Below are positions 23,914 through 34,125 of a DNA stretch of 55,545 bases, piece after piece (within the stretch, counting starts at the first letter, position 1; each line of letters starts with the position of its first letter). The translations under genes and the position numbers were made by a program. The DNA comes from Candidatus Roizmanbacteria bacterium GW2011_GWA2_37_7 (GTDB lineage: Bacteria; Patescibacteriota; Microgenomatia; UBA1406; GWC2-37-13). Below the pieces are notes generated by a model. That model saw nothing but the letters and a program-made list of their open reading frames with translations, did not search any database and was not told the DNA's origin. The stretch is from NCBI GenBank assembly GCA_000990445.1, contig LBTJ01000001.1, positions 1 to 55,545 of the forward strand, given 5' to 3'.

Positions 23914-25689
23914 TTATTTCCTTTCCACATTGAAAAGCGGTCCAACAATCTGAAGATTTGCTGGGGCGCGTAGATTAAACCAACCCTTAAATTCTTCTCC
24001 TCCGAAACTAAAACTACCTACGTCGCCATCACCACTGACAGTAGTTGTCTTTCCGCTTCCAAAATCTGCTGAAATTGACAAAGAATTAATGGTTTTGAAT
24101 GCAGAAGATCCAAGCTCTTGCCTAACTTTTTCAGGGCTCCAATTATCAGTTGAAGAACATCCTTTTGATGGGTCTGGTGAAGGTGCCGGCTTATCTGGTT
24201 GGTAAACATAACATGCGTTAGAAGAGTTTTTCCTTACTAACAAAATTACGTTAATAATGTCGGCAACTTCTTCGGGTCTTAACCAGGCTGTTTTATTGTA
24301 TTGCGGTCTTGATCCCCAGTCGCAATAAAACCAAGGAGAGTCTTTATCCCATGCGCGTTCATTTAATTCTGAAAAACTTCCTGCGTTTGTAGATGTGTCT
24401 TGAAAATGTTTTGTCCATGGTTTGTTTGATCCCCAAATCTCCCCAGATGTCCACGCATAACCTCCGTGAGTCGACGCATACCATGCTTTTACAACTTCGC
24501 CCGTATCATTTGAAACCATAACTTGGACTCCGTCACCACAAAAATTTTTAATTTCATTTACCGTTTCTTCCCATTTTCCGCCTTTATTATTACCTAGATA
24601 AACTTGACAATTTTGATTTGTACAAATTTCTCCGCCTCCCCCATCCGTATAAGCGTAAGCAAAAGATGCCGCTGCGACAACCTGGGCTTTTAATGCTTCG
24701 TATCCACCAGAGTCCCCCCATGTATTTGGCATTTCTCCTATACCTTTTAGGTATTCATATATTGGTTTTTCTCCATAGCCTTGTACTCTAATGTTGTTAT
24801 TTGGAAAATTGCGACACTCAAGTCTTATATTGTTATAATATGCATTTAGTATGGTTTCGTAATTTTGACCAGCCCTAGATCTGCCATATGCTCCAAATTG
24901 ATTCATACCCACTCTATGAACAGATCCGTAAGTATAAAAAGCATAACCTGGGCTAAATCCAGGATCAATATTACGATCGTCAATACAGCCTCCCGTAGAC
25001 AATCCGGCAGATCTTGGTAGATTCAATCCTGCTTGTTTTTGTGCAATAACTGCTTGTTGTTGTGCGGTTAATGATGCTATCTCTGACTTTAATGTTTGTT
25101 CATACTTTTTTGCGCTCAAAACTTCTCCCTCTAAAAACAATGATTGTTTTGCTATTTGCTCTTTGATGGGGATAAGCCGTACTTTTTCATCCTCAAGCTT
25201 GATCTTTTTTTCCTCAATATCCTTGACAAGAAGCACGACGCGGACAATAGTCCTGCGATCGTTGTTAAGGAGGTTTTGCTGATATCTGAACTGTTTTAGA
25301 AATGTTGTAAGGTTGTCTGATACCAATATTTGAAGAATGGCGTCTTGCGTTTTCCCTTTTTGTTTGTAAAATGACGCAACGCGCTCATCAAGAAGTTTTT
25401 TTTGAGCTATGAGTTTTTCTTCTCCTGCTTTGATGTCTTGCTCTTTTTGATCAATGTCTTTTTCAATTTTGACAACCTGCGCCTTGATACTTTCAAGTTG
25501 GGCTGTCAACGTAGTGAGTTGTTTTTCGTTTGTTGCTGTCGCTTGCTCTGATGACTTAAGAAAAGTAGTGAGCTCAGTAAGTTTTTTATTTATATCTTCA
25601 AGTTCGTCAGCGTTCACAGAAAACCTTACTGAGTTGCATCCGGCAACAAAAAATATAACCAAAATCACTATAATTAAAATCTTTCGCAT
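23914..25689 (-). CDS. SpoIID/LytB-domain peptidoglycan-processing lipoprotein with an N-terminal coiled coil
   Basis: MRKILIIVILVIFFVAGC is a lipobox signal peptide. It is followed by about 200 aa of coiled coil and then VGMNQFGAYGRSRAGQNYETILNAYYNNIRLE, which is typical of SpoIID/LytB. Confidence 0.6.
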   Translation of the reverse strand: MRKILIIVILVIFFVAGCNSVRFSVNADELEDINKKLTELTTFLKSSEQATATNEKQLTTLTAQLESIKAQVVKIEKDIDQKEQDIKAGEEKLIAQKKLLDERVASFYKQKGKTQDAILQILVSDNLTTFLKQFRYQQNLLNNDRRTIVRVVLLVKDIEEKKIKLEDEKVRLIPIKEQIAKQSLFLEGEVLSAKKYEQTLKSEIASLTAQQQAVIAQKQAGLNLPRSAGLSTGGCIDDRNIDPGFSPGYAFYTYGSVHRVGMNQFGAYGRSRAGQNYETILNAYYNNIRLECRNFPNNNIRVQGYGEKPIYEYLKGIGEMPNTWGDSGGYEALKAQVVAAASFAYAYTDGGGGEICTNQNCQVYLGNNKGGKWEETVNEIKNFCGDGVQVMVSNDTGEVVKAWYASTHGGYAWTSGEIWGSNKPWTKHFQDTSTNAGSFSELNERAWDKDSPWFYCDWGSRPQYNKTAWLRPEEVADIINVILLVRKNSSNACYVYQPDKPAPSPDPSKGCSSTDNWSPEKVRQELGSSAFKTINSLSISADFGSGKTTTVSGDGDVGSFSFGGEEFKGWFNLRAPANLQIVGPLFNVERK

Positions 25690-25758
25690 ATTGTTTATTA
25701 TACATTGGGTCACTAATTCCGTATTTGAGTTTCCTACATTAATGTATACTTTCTTTAT

Positions 25759-26349
25759 ATGATTGCAGCGTTTCGGTATATTTTTTTGTTATTGTTATTT
25801 TTTATTTTTCTCCTCCCCACCCCCTCCTATGCAGTGCGGTATGCAGAATGTGATGCTTGTGGATACTGTATAGGAAAAGATGTGCCTGAGAGTTGGGATG
25901 CATGCAGGAAGTGCTTATATCCACAAATAACCAATGATGCGGACGATAATGAAACGCTTGAGATTATTACTGATCCAAATGATACACGACTTGATCCTGC
26001 CAAAAAAGCCTTAAATCAACCCATTCCTCCTGCAAAAGGAAGATACTATACCCAGCTTGGCTGTGTTGACACATCGCTTACATCATTCTCAGATCCTGCA
26101 GCTGCTGGCGGTGTATTAAACTTTATTCTTACAAAGCTCATCTTTCCATCAACAGGTGCGCTTGCTTTTCTCTTTCTTCTTTATGGTGCGTTCTTGCTCA
26201 TCACTGCACAAGGTGCAGAAGAACAGATTGCACGAGGAAAAAGATATATCACCGGAGCTATTGTTGGGCTTATCTTTACCTTTAGTGTTGTTTTAATTGT
26301 AAATATTATTGGAGGAGATATATTGAAGATACCGGGGTTGGACAGATGA
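25759..26349 (+). CDS. Cys-rich secreted protein with a C-terminal two-helix TrbC/VirB2-like (pilin-like) membrane domain
   Basis: 196 aa with a signal peptide and the CDACGYC...CRKC motif. The C-terminal GALAFLFLLYGAFLLITAQGAEEQIARGKRYITGAIVGLIFTFSVVLIV resembles a VirB2/TrbC hairpin. Confidence 0.4.
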   Translation: MIAAFRYIFLLLLFFIFLLPTPSYAVRYAECDACGYCIGKDVPESWDACRKCLYPQITNDADDNETLEIITDPNDTRLDPAKKALNQPIPPAKGRYYTQLGCVDTSLTSFSDPAAAGGVLNFILTKLIFPSTGALAFLFLLYGAFLLITAQGAEEQIARGKRYITGAIVGLIFTFSVVLIVNIIGGDILKIPGLDR

Positions 26350-26380
26350 ACGCAGATCGCACTTTTAGAATAAAAATAAA

Positions 26381-27394
26381 TCAAAACACATAAATCAGTA
26401 AGATAATCATCAAACCAGCAATAAACATTGTGACAAGTAATGGCCTGTCTGTGGTTATGATTTTCTCTGGACGCTCTCCTTCTTCTTTTTCATATAATAG
26501 CTGTGCGTAGCGGGCTATACCATACACGACAAATGGAACAGTTAGCATCATAAGCTTGCGCGCTTCAAGATTTGAAAATGAAGATATTGACCGGATGATA
26601 TTATATTTTTCACACTCATTAATATCTTTTTGCTTTTCATAAATCTGTTTACAGATTGAGGCGCCGCCCCCATAAATTTGCTGTTGAGATGGATCTATGT
26701 AAAGTGTATATGTGTATAGGGCGTATGATACGATTGTCAGTGTCGCAAACGTTGTTGAAAGAAAATATAGCATATGGTTTTTGTAGCGGAAAAGTGATTC
26801 TCGTGTGTCGCGCCCATTGGCGACGAGTTCTGCATGGCGTTTGACAGAAGCCATAAAAAGAGAAACAAAAAATATAGTCATTAAAAGCCAAATCGGAACA
26901 TGATATCCCGTAACAACCACTCCGGCTAGGGTTCGAAGCACAAATGAAAATGAGATGGTAAAAATATCCACAACCGGATACCGCTTAAGGTATAAAGAGT
27001 AGTAAAAATGGAGAAGGAGAAAAATTAATGAAATAAAAAAGAATGATAATGAAAAGAAAAGCGATAGCAATAACGAAACAATAGTCATCACAAAAACCAA
27101 AAAAGTTGCTTGTGGTATGGTGATTGCCCCAGATGCAATGGGACGATATTTTTTCATTGGGTGTTTTTTGTCGTACTGATAATCAATAATGTCATTGAGG
27201 ACATACGAGGCAGACGACAGCAAACAAAACACAAAAAACGCATAGATGGTTTTCAATAAAAGATCAGGCTCAAAAAGCTTACCTCCAAATAAAATTGCGG
27301 CAAAAATAATGAAGTTTTTGATCCATTGATTTGCGCGGATTGCTCGGAGATACAACACAATTGTTGTTTTCATTTTGTTTAGATTATACATCAT
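26381..27394 (-). CDS. UbiA-family prenyltransferase (decaprenyl-phosphate phosphoribosyltransferase-like)
   Basis: 337 aa and polytopic. Contains RANQWIKNFIIFAAILFGGKLF and NDIIDYQYDKKHPMKKYRPIASG (Asp-rich motif). Confidence 0.75.
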   Translation of the reverse strand: MMYNLNKMKTTIVLYLRAIRANQWIKNFIIFAAILFGGKLFEPDLLLKTIYAFFVFCLLSSASYVLNDIIDYQYDKKHPMKKYRPIASGAITIPQATFLVFVMTIVSLLLSLFFSLSFFFISLIFLLLHFYYSLYLKRYPVVDIFTISFSFVLRTLAGVVVTGYHVPIWLLMTIFFVSLFMASVKRHAELVANGRDTRESLFRYKNHMLYFLSTTFATLTIVSYALYTYTLYIDPSQQQIYGGGASICKQIYEKQKDINECEKYNIIRSISSFSNLEARKLMMLTVPFVVYGIARYAQLLYEKEEGERPEKIITTDRPLLVTMFIAGLMIILLIYVF

Positions 27395-27403
27395 TTGCTG
27401 GTT

Positions 27404-27700
27404 CTATATGACGCGCAAGAGACGAAATAGAAGAAAGGTTAGGAAAAAAAATAGAATAACATGAAAAATCGGGATATAAAGAGTTAAAAAAATAGTAACA
27501 ACTGCAAGAATAAAAAATGCTTCATTATGGATTGCTGGTAAAAGTCCTTTGGTAAAAAGCATAAGGATTACCATGGTAAGCAAAACTTGTTTATCAAACC
27601 ACCAGATATCCCATCCAAAAAGGAGAGCAAACCCCAAAAGCAAACTTGCTATTATGAGAAAAATTTCTTTTGTGTCAAAGAAAAATGGACCGAAATACAT
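27404..27700 (-). CDS. Small hydrophobic membrane protein (3 transmembrane helices)
   Basis: 98-aa ATG ORF, almost entirely hydrophobic helices, 9 nt upstream of the UbiA gene. Confidence 0.5.
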   Translation of the reverse strand: MYFGPFFFDTKEIFLIIASLLLGFALLFGWDIWWFDKQVLLTMVILMLFTKGLLPAIHNEAFFILAVVTIFLTLYIPIFHVILFFFLTFLLFRLLRVI

Positions 27701-27746
27701 AGGATATTAATACAACTACATTTTATTGTATATTACTTTGGATTTA

Positions 27747-28154
27747 CTATTCAACAGGAACATACACTTTCACTGTTCTTCCATCTGATAAAACAAGAGT
27801 GTGAATTTCCAGTTTTGTTCCTTTTTCAATTTTTATATATCTCTTTTCATTTTCGCCGCCCTCAGACGCATACACGCCTTTTGCTATTGATGTGTAATTG
27901 GTTCCCTTTGGTGGAGTTGCTTGTGGGATTTTTGCAGTTTCCAGATGGTCTTTGAGCGTGGCGTCTTCTTGAATATTTCCAAGATAGGCAAAAACAGCTA
28001 TGGGGGATTTTTGAAGTGTTGACATAAAATCTGGATTTAGGGTTGGGGTGTTTGCCACAAAAACGTGCGGTGTTAAAGACCGCATAATACTAAATGAAAA
28101 AACCATTGATACTGCTATAAGAATGTATAATTTTGTTTTCTTTTTTTTGTGCAT
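27747..28154 (-). CDS. Hypothetical secreted or anchored protein
   Basis: 135 aa. MHKKKKTKLYILIAVSMVFSFSI is a signal or anchor segment. No recognised domain. Confidence 0.5.
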   Translation of the reverse strand: MHKKKKTKLYILIAVSMVFSFSIMRSLTPHVFVANTPTLNPDFMSTLQKSPIAVFAYLGNIQEDATLKDHLETAKIPQATPPKGTNYTSIAKGVYASEGGENEKRYIKIEKGTKLEIHTLVLSDGRTVKVYVPVE

Positions 28155-28169
28155 AAAGGCGCTTAAATG

Positions 28170-29351
28170 TTATGGTGTACAAATAACAGGTTTGGCTATT
28201 CCAAGCTGCGACATAATAGCAACGACTTCATCTGAGCAAAGTGTTTGTGTATTAATATTGAGTGTTACGACAAATGTCGTTGATGGAGCGGGAGTTGGTG
28301 CTTCAAGCACATTATTATTTCCTGAGATAACTGGTAAATAATATAATAAGCGCTGCTTTAATGTGGGCGTTGGTGTGAACGTTGGTGTGGGTGTTGGATT
28401 ATCTGGCTCGTCGGGTATTAGTGCATCTTCTGGAATGTCTGGAATATTTGGCTCGGGAGAGTTTGTGGGAGTTGGTTCTTGCTCAATAATATCTTTTTCC
28501 GGAACACCGCCCCAGTAGTCTGGCTTAAATATTGAGATAAATGGACCGTTGTCTCGAACCCCAACCAACACACTGCTTCCGCTTGCTTTGCCAAGAATAT
28601 GGCCCGGAAGCACCATGGGTAATTGTATTGGGTTTAAATCTGCGCCCGCTGCTTCTTGTGCGCCTTTTGCCTTATTGTAAGCATTTTGTATCTGCTGGTC
28701 GACGCAGATATTTTTAACATAGATCCAATATCCTCCACTGCAGATTTGACCACTTGCACATGTTTTTGTGCCGGTGAAATACTCATGTCTTCCGATATGA
28801 AGCGTCACACGATCGGAAGCTGCAAACACAACCATCGCCTCATATCCTCCGCCAATATCATATCCTGTACCTGGCATTTTAATATCTCGATTCTCTGAGT
28901 CAACGGGCACCTCAAGGACGTATGTGCCCCCAATGCTTGGAAGGTCGTATGCCGCGATAAGGCGTTTTGGTTTGTATCCAAACATTGAGGCCATCATATT
29001 CCTAACATTTCCATCTACTGGTCCGCCGTCTGTTTTTGTAAGTGTCAAAACGCCTTCGTCGCTTATTGACTGGAGGTTGGATGTGTCGACCAAACCGTCA
29101 TAGTCGCTTCTGTGCTGGCTAATTGGCCAACGATTTTCTGCGTTTGATGCGTCAGTTTCTGTTTGTCCAAGAGGTATTGGCACACCAGAATCATACGGAC
29201 AGCTCGTGGCTTCGGCATATGAACTGGTGGTTTTTGAGGTTGTGTTTAAAGTACTCGATAATAATATCGCTGCTCCAGTGATCACCAGCACCCCAACAAC
29301 AATTAATGTTGACGCTTCTGCGCGTATAAGCTTTTTGCTTTTTTTACTCAT
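28170..29351 (-). CDS. Hypothetical secreted protein with a Pro/Thr-rich segment
   Basis: The start is set at the ATG at 29351 (MSKKSKKLIRAEASTLIVVGVLVITGAAILL). There is a PT-rich linker EPTPTNSPEPNIPDIPEDALIPDEPDNPTPTPTFTPTPT. No recognised domain. Confidence 0.55.
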   Translation of the reverse strand: MSKKSKKLIRAEASTLIVVGVLVITGAAILLSSTLNTTSKTTSSYAEATSCPYDSGVPIPLGQTETDASNAENRWPISQHRSDYDGLVDTSNLQSISDEGVLTLTKTDGGPVDGNVRNMMASMFGYKPKRLIAAYDLPSIGGTYVLEVPVDSENRDIKMPGTGYDIGGGYEAMVVFAASDRVTLHIGRHEYFTGTKTCASGQICSGGYWIYVKNICVDQQIQNAYNKAKGAQEAAGADLNPIQLPMVLPGHILGKASGSSVLVGVRDNGPFISIFKPDYWGGVPEKDIIEQEPTPTNSPEPNIPDIPEDALIPDEPDNPTPTPTFTPTPTLKQRLLYYLPVISGNNNVLEAPTPAPSTTFVVTLNINTQTLCSDEVVAIMSQLGIAKPVICTP

Positions 29352-29464
29352 GCGTACTTTGATTATAGTAGGAAAACAACACCAACACAATCAAATAATA
29401 AACTCTGACTGTTGCAAGAAATGTCCTTATCATCTATGATGTATGCGTTAGCATGTAATGTATT

Positions 29465-30535
29465 ATGAGCCGTCCGTACCTTATCGTTCCACAACTGATC
29501 AAACAACCCACGTGGGGGGGGGACTATATTTTACGTCTTAAAAAATGGAATAAAAAACAATATCAAGGAGTAAAAATTGGGCAAAGCTACGAACTTTCTG
29601 GCTCCTCACGGCTTGCTACTTATGCCAGCCACAGCGACGACCTTCAAGACATGATGGATTCAAATAACGACCAATGTATACTAATTTCCGAAATTGAGCC
29701 GGTGAATCTACTTATTAAACTCAATCAGGCTTTTGGCAACTCATTTCAGCTTCATATCAAGCCGAATTTGCACAGCGCTCGATGGAAACCAAAACCAGAA
29801 TCGTGGTATTTCCTTGAAGACGGACTTATCACGCTGGGAGTGTGTCATGATACTGATCTTGGACAATATAAAAATACATGTGTTGAGATTGATGTATTTA
29901 TGAATAATCTGTCAAAACAAGTAAAAAACAGCGAGATTTCTCTTATGGCTGCACGACAACAAGCAAAAAATTTTGTCCAGAAAAAAAATCCATGGCAGTT
30001 TGTGAACAAATACCGCGTTGCAAAATACAACCTTATTGATCTTTCAATTGGGGGCATCCATCATTCGTGGGAAGAAGATATGGTGAATAATCCCAACGGA
30101 AATATTGTATTTGAGGTCCAGCTTGAGGCGGGCGATGATAAAGCAACAATACGCGCATTTGACCAGGGAAAAATAAAAGATGACGGGTCAATTCGAAAAC
30201 TTAATATTGATGATTATTTTAATAATCTTAATAATGATCCGTCTCATAACGACATTTCTTTTTTAAAACGTGCAAAACAGAATGGTAATCTCTTAAAAAC
30301 TCAGTATTATACTGTTGACATTATAAAAATAGATAGTGAGATTTGTGTTGAGGGGATAAAAACATATCAGCACCTCTATGTGCGCGACGGCGCAGTGTGT
30401 GTTGTTGGCGGAAACACTTCGGTTGTTGTAAAGAAAGGAAATTCTTGTTTTCTTCCCTCTTCGGCCACCAAGTATATCATTCAAAAAAATGAACCCAAAT
30501 CTGTTGTTCTAAGAACATATCCTATATATAGTTAA
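29465..30535 (+). CDS. Type I phosphomannose isomerase-like cupin protein
   Basis: 356 aa. The N-terminal LIKQPTWGGDYI is typical of class I mannose-6-phosphate isomerases. It lies adjacent to pgi, and the assignment is tentative. Confidence 0.45.
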   Translation: MSRPYLIVPQLIKQPTWGGDYILRLKKWNKKQYQGVKIGQSYELSGSSRLATYASHSDDLQDMMDSNNDQCILISEIEPVNLLIKLNQAFGNSFQLHIKPNLHSARWKPKPESWYFLEDGLITLGVCHDTDLGQYKNTCVEIDVFMNNLSKQVKNSEISLMAARQQAKNFVQKKNPWQFVNKYRVAKYNLIDLSIGGIHHSWEEDMVNNPNGNIVFEVQLEAGDDKATIRAFDQGKIKDDGSIRKLNIDDYFNNLNNDPSHNDISFLKRAKQNGNLLKTQYYTVDIIKIDSEICVEGIKTYQHLYVRDGAVCVVGGNTSVVVKKGNSCFLPSSATKYIIQKNEPKSVVLRTYPIYS

Positions 30536-30577
30536 GTAAAATAAATAAATAATTTGTATTATTAATTATTTAGATAT

Positions 30578-31867
30578 ATGCAATTTTATTATAAAAATAC
30601 TGCTCTTATTGATTCTTCCTCGCTTTCAAAATATCTTTCAAAACTTGAGACATATTGTGTACGTCTACAAAATGTTGTTTTTGGTGGAGGATATGATGAG
30701 CTTGAGGGATCGATCAATCTCCCGTCTGATGAAAATCTTTTTAATGATGTATGTGCGCTTGTAAAAAAAATAGAAACAAAAACGCTCCAATATATTATTG
30801 TTGTTGGAATTGGAGGATCAAATTTAGGAACAAAGGCGATATATGATGCACTTTTTGGATATTACGACGTCTTAGATTGTGAACGATTTCCGAAGATTAT
30901 TTTCCTTGATACGCAGGATCCAGATGTGCTTATGAAGATTGGCCGACTTATAGAAAAACTCTCTCATAAAGACCAAATAGTAATAAATGCAATAAGTAAG
31001 TCTGGCAGCACCACCGAAACTGCTGCAAACCTTGAGGTCGTCTCTTCTACTCTTTTTCACAAATTCGGAAATATTTCTGATCGTTTTGTGTTTACAACTG
31101 ACGAAGAGTCAAATATGTATAATATTGCTAAAAAAATACATATTAAAACTCTTGTTATTCCTAAAAAAATCGGTGGCCGCTACTCTGTTTTGTCTTCTGT
31201 TGGTTTGTTTCCATTGATGCTTGTTGGACTTGATGTTATTAAGCTTCGACAAGGTGCGGAAAATGTGCGGAAAATGTGCGTGAATTCTTCTATGCTGGTA
31301 AATCCTTCGGCAATTTCTTCGGCTTTGCTTTATCATTATTATCTTTGTGGAAAAAATATAAACGACAACTTTATTTTCCTTCCTCAACTTGAGTCTTTGG
31401 GAAAGTGGTATAGGCAGTTGATGGGGGAGAGTATTGGAAAAAACGGGAAAGGCATCACGCCAACTATTTCTATCGGCTCCACCGACCTTCACTCTGTTGG
31501 CCAACTTTATTTGGGTGGTCCAAAAGACAAAATCACATCATTTATTTATAGTCAGGAAGTAGACCAAGGAATTTCGGTTCCAAACAATCCTCGGTTTGGA
31601 CTTGTTCCGGAAATTGAAGGAAAGAAAATTTATGAAATCATAAATGCTATTGTTTCTGGAACTAAAATTGCATATCAAAAACAAAAGCTTCCGTTTGTTG
31701 AGATTGTGCTTGATGGGATAAGGGAAGAAGAAATTGGTGCTTTTATGCAGTTTAAAATGATTGAAATGATGTATCTGGCGAAACTTCTTAAGGTTAACGC
31801 CTTTGACCAGCCGCATGTTGAGCTGTATAAAATAGAGACAAAAAAAATACTGGAAGGGAGAGTTTAA
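30578..31867 (+). CDS. pgi: Glucose-6-phosphate isomerase
   Basis: 429 aa. Contains VVGIGGSNLGTKA, SKSGSTTET and GGRYSVLSSVGL, the SIS-domain motifs of short bacterial/archaeal-type PGI. Confidence 0.85.
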   Translation: MQFYYKNTALIDSSSLSKYLSKLETYCVRLQNVVFGGGYDELEGSINLPSDENLFNDVCALVKKIETKTLQYIIVVGIGGSNLGTKAIYDALFGYYDVLDCERFPKIIFLDTQDPDVLMKIGRLIEKLSHKDQIVINAISKSGSTTETAANLEVVSSTLFHKFGNISDRFVFTTDEESNMYNIAKKIHIKTLVIPKKIGGRYSVLSSVGLFPLMLVGLDVIKLRQGAENVRKMCVNSSMLVNPSAISSALLYHYYLCGKNINDNFIFLPQLESLGKWYRQLMGESIGKNGKGITPTISIGSTDLHSVGQLYLGGPKDKITSFIYSQEVDQGISVPNNPRFGLVPEIEGKKIYEIINAIVSGTKIAYQKQKLPFVEIVLDGIREEEIGAFMQFKMIEMMYLAKLLKVNAFDQPHVELYKIETKKILEGRV

Positions 31868-31868
31868 T

Positions 31869-32879
31869 TCACGCATTTTTTAGTTGGTTTGCGGTTCTGG
31901 CATGCGGTACATATTCATGAAGTATTGTTTCCACAAAAAGAAGTATTGGTATTGCAAGTAGAACGCCCAAAATACCACCAATACGACCACCAAGAAGAAG
32001 GGCAATAAGGGTTAAAATTGGGTTTAATCCAACTGCTTTTTTCATAATAATCGGCACAATTAAGTTGTTTTCAAGTTGTTGTACGATTATATACAACGCT
32101 GTTGCTGAAAACCCAGTAAAATAGTTTTGGCTAAATCCAATAATAATCGCAGGAATGGCAGATATTACCGGGCCGATGTTTGGCACAACTTCAAGAAGGC
32201 CTGCTAGAACTGCAAGAGGAAGCGCATATCTGACCCCAACGAGTAAAAGACCAACATAGGTAAGGGTTCCAACAACAGTCATAAGAACGATCTCTCCCCA
32301 AAACCAAGAAGACATGCGCTTCTCTGCGCAAGAGAGGGTGTTTGAGAGTTTATCTGCGATATTTTTACCAAAATAGTGGTGAAGAAATCTGTCAACGAGC
32401 GTTTCTTCAAGTAGGAAATATAATGCAAAAAACATTGTGGTAACGACAAAAAGCGTGTTTGAAAACACAGAAGATATAAAGTTAAAAATATTGTTCGTGA
32501 CGTCTGGAATGTATTTTGTTAAGTTGGTTGGGTCTGTAATGTTTTTAATATATGGAAAAGTTTGCTGAAAGATTATCGGCAAGCTTCGAATAAGGTTTGA
32601 TGTCTCTATAATTATTGGTGGAATGATCACTGAAATGATTGAGATAAAGAAAAGAATAAATACAAGATATACAAGAGTGACGGCAAGTCCGCGTGGTATT
32701 TTTTTTCTGACTAAATAGACTACTCCTGGCCGGAGAGCGCTCATAATAATAAACGCAATAAGAAGCGAAAATAGAATGTCTCGGACAAACCAAAGGAAAA
32801 ACAAAGAAAGGGGTATTAGGGTAAAGAGCGCTATTGATCTTGGTGTAATGGTTATTATAATGTTGTTATTTTGCTTCAT
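31869..32879 (-). CDS. AI-2E family transporter (PerM/UPF0118)
   Basis: 336 aa with about 8 transmembrane helices. The C-terminal LLGGRIGGILGVLLAIPI is typical of the family. Confidence 0.7.
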   Translation of the reverse strand: MKQNNNIIITITPRSIALFTLIPLSLFFLWFVRDILFSLLIAFIIMSALRPGVVYLVRKKIPRGLAVTLVYLVFILFFISIISVIIPPIIIETSNLIRSLPIIFQQTFPYIKNITDPTNLTKYIPDVTNNIFNFISSVFSNTLFVVTTMFFALYFLLEETLVDRFLHHYFGKNIADKLSNTLSCAEKRMSSWFWGEIVLMTVVGTLTYVGLLLVGVRYALPLAVLAGLLEVVPNIGPVISAIPAIIIGFSQNYFTGFSATALYIIVQQLENNLIVPIIMKKAVGLNPILTLIALLLGGRIGGILGVLLAIPILLFVETILHEYVPHARTANQLKNA

Positions 32880-32911
32880 GTTTTTTCATTATACACTACG
32901 CGGGTTTGTGA

Positions 32912-34009
32912 CTACTCTTGTATTCTCACCGGCATAATAATGTGAAAAAAGGCTTTGTCCCCTTTTGCTTTAAATAGAGCGGGTGTGTCGGAATGGAGCA
33001 GCTCTATAACAACTTCGTTGGCAGAAACATTGTTCAAAAAGTCTATTACATATCTATAATTAAATGCGACGCGGACAGGATCTCCTTCAATTTCAATATC
33101 TTGTGTTGTTGAATTTTCGGCATTCGCCTCTTTTTTTGGTGACAATATCAACCCTTTCTTGGAGAAATCGTACATGATCACGTTCGAGTAGTCGCGCGCA
33201 AAGATTGAGATTATTTTCGTGTTCCTCAAAAGCTCGTCGCGATTAAGGATAACTGTGGTCTTCTTGTCCTCTGGGATAACTCGTTCATATGGAGGAAACT
33301 CCCCATCAATCAGTCGTGAAAAAAACTCTTTGTTTCCAACGACAAAACGGACAATCTGCTCTGTTTCTGAGTAAGCGAAACCTATTTCCTCTTGATCTTT
33401 CGCTTGTTTTTGGACCTCTCGCAGAAACTCTGAGGGTACGATCATGGACGAAAATGCCTCTTTTCTTTTTTCCTTCACAACAGAAAGTCGGAATCCGTCT
33501 GTTGCTACGAGCGTGAGCTCTCCTTCGGTTGCAACAAAGTTCACCCCAGTTAAAACAGGGCGCGACTCATCGGCTGAGGAGGCAAATAAGAGACAAGAAA
33601 GTTTTCCAAGCAAAAACTCTTTATCAATTTTCTGCTCTTTTTCTTTGAGCTTTGGAGGAAAAGGAAAATCTTCTGCAACAATGAGGGGAAAGTTTCCTTT
33701 TGTTTTCCCTTGTTTTATCTGCAGGCCGGCTTTCTGGATATCAACGTCAATAGCTCCTGCCGGGAGAATCTGCAGAAACTCCATTAGTTTTTTTGGTTCT
33801 GTGAAAAATTCGACTCTGTTTGGGACAATCAGTGGCAATGTAATATGGCAGAAAGAATTTAAGTCGGTTGCGTAGAGATGCATAAATGTTTTATCAAGCA
33901 AGATAAAAATTCCTTGTAGAGCGGCTGGTGTATTGATTTTGTCTGAAGAAAACCTGTGTGCGGTTTGAGCGCTTTCAAAAAATTGAGCCTTATCTATTGA
34001 GAATCTCAT
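32912..34009 (-). CDS. dnaN: DNA polymerase III beta sliding clamp
   Basis: 365 aa immediately downstream of dnaA. Three-domain clamp pattern (RPVLTGVNF...LVATDGFRLS...RLIDGEFPPYERVIP). Confidence 0.9.
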   Translation of the reverse strand: MRFSIDKAQFFESAQTAHRFSSDKINTPAALQGIFILLDKTFMHLYATDLNSFCHITLPLIVPNRVEFFTEPKKLMEFLQILPAGAIDVDIQKAGLQIKQGKTKGNFPLIVAEDFPFPPKLKEKEQKIDKEFLLGKLSCLLFASSADESRPVLTGVNFVATEGELTLVATDGFRLSVVKEKRKEAFSSMIVPSEFLREVQKQAKDQEEIGFAYSETEQIVRFVVGNKEFFSRLIDGEFPPYERVIPEDKKTTVILNRDELLRNTKIISIFARDYSNVIMYDFSKKGLILSPKKEANAENSTTQDIEIEGDPVRVAFNYRYVIDFLNNVSANEVVIELLHSDTPALFKAKGDKAFFHIIMPVRIQE

Positions 34010-34125
34010 TGATAGTTATATATAAAATAGTAGTATTAGGGACTGTGCATAAGTGTATAAAATATCAGGTGGATTTTCAAGACAGAAAGAAGATAAAAAA
34101 AACCAATGTTCATAAGGTGTGAAAA

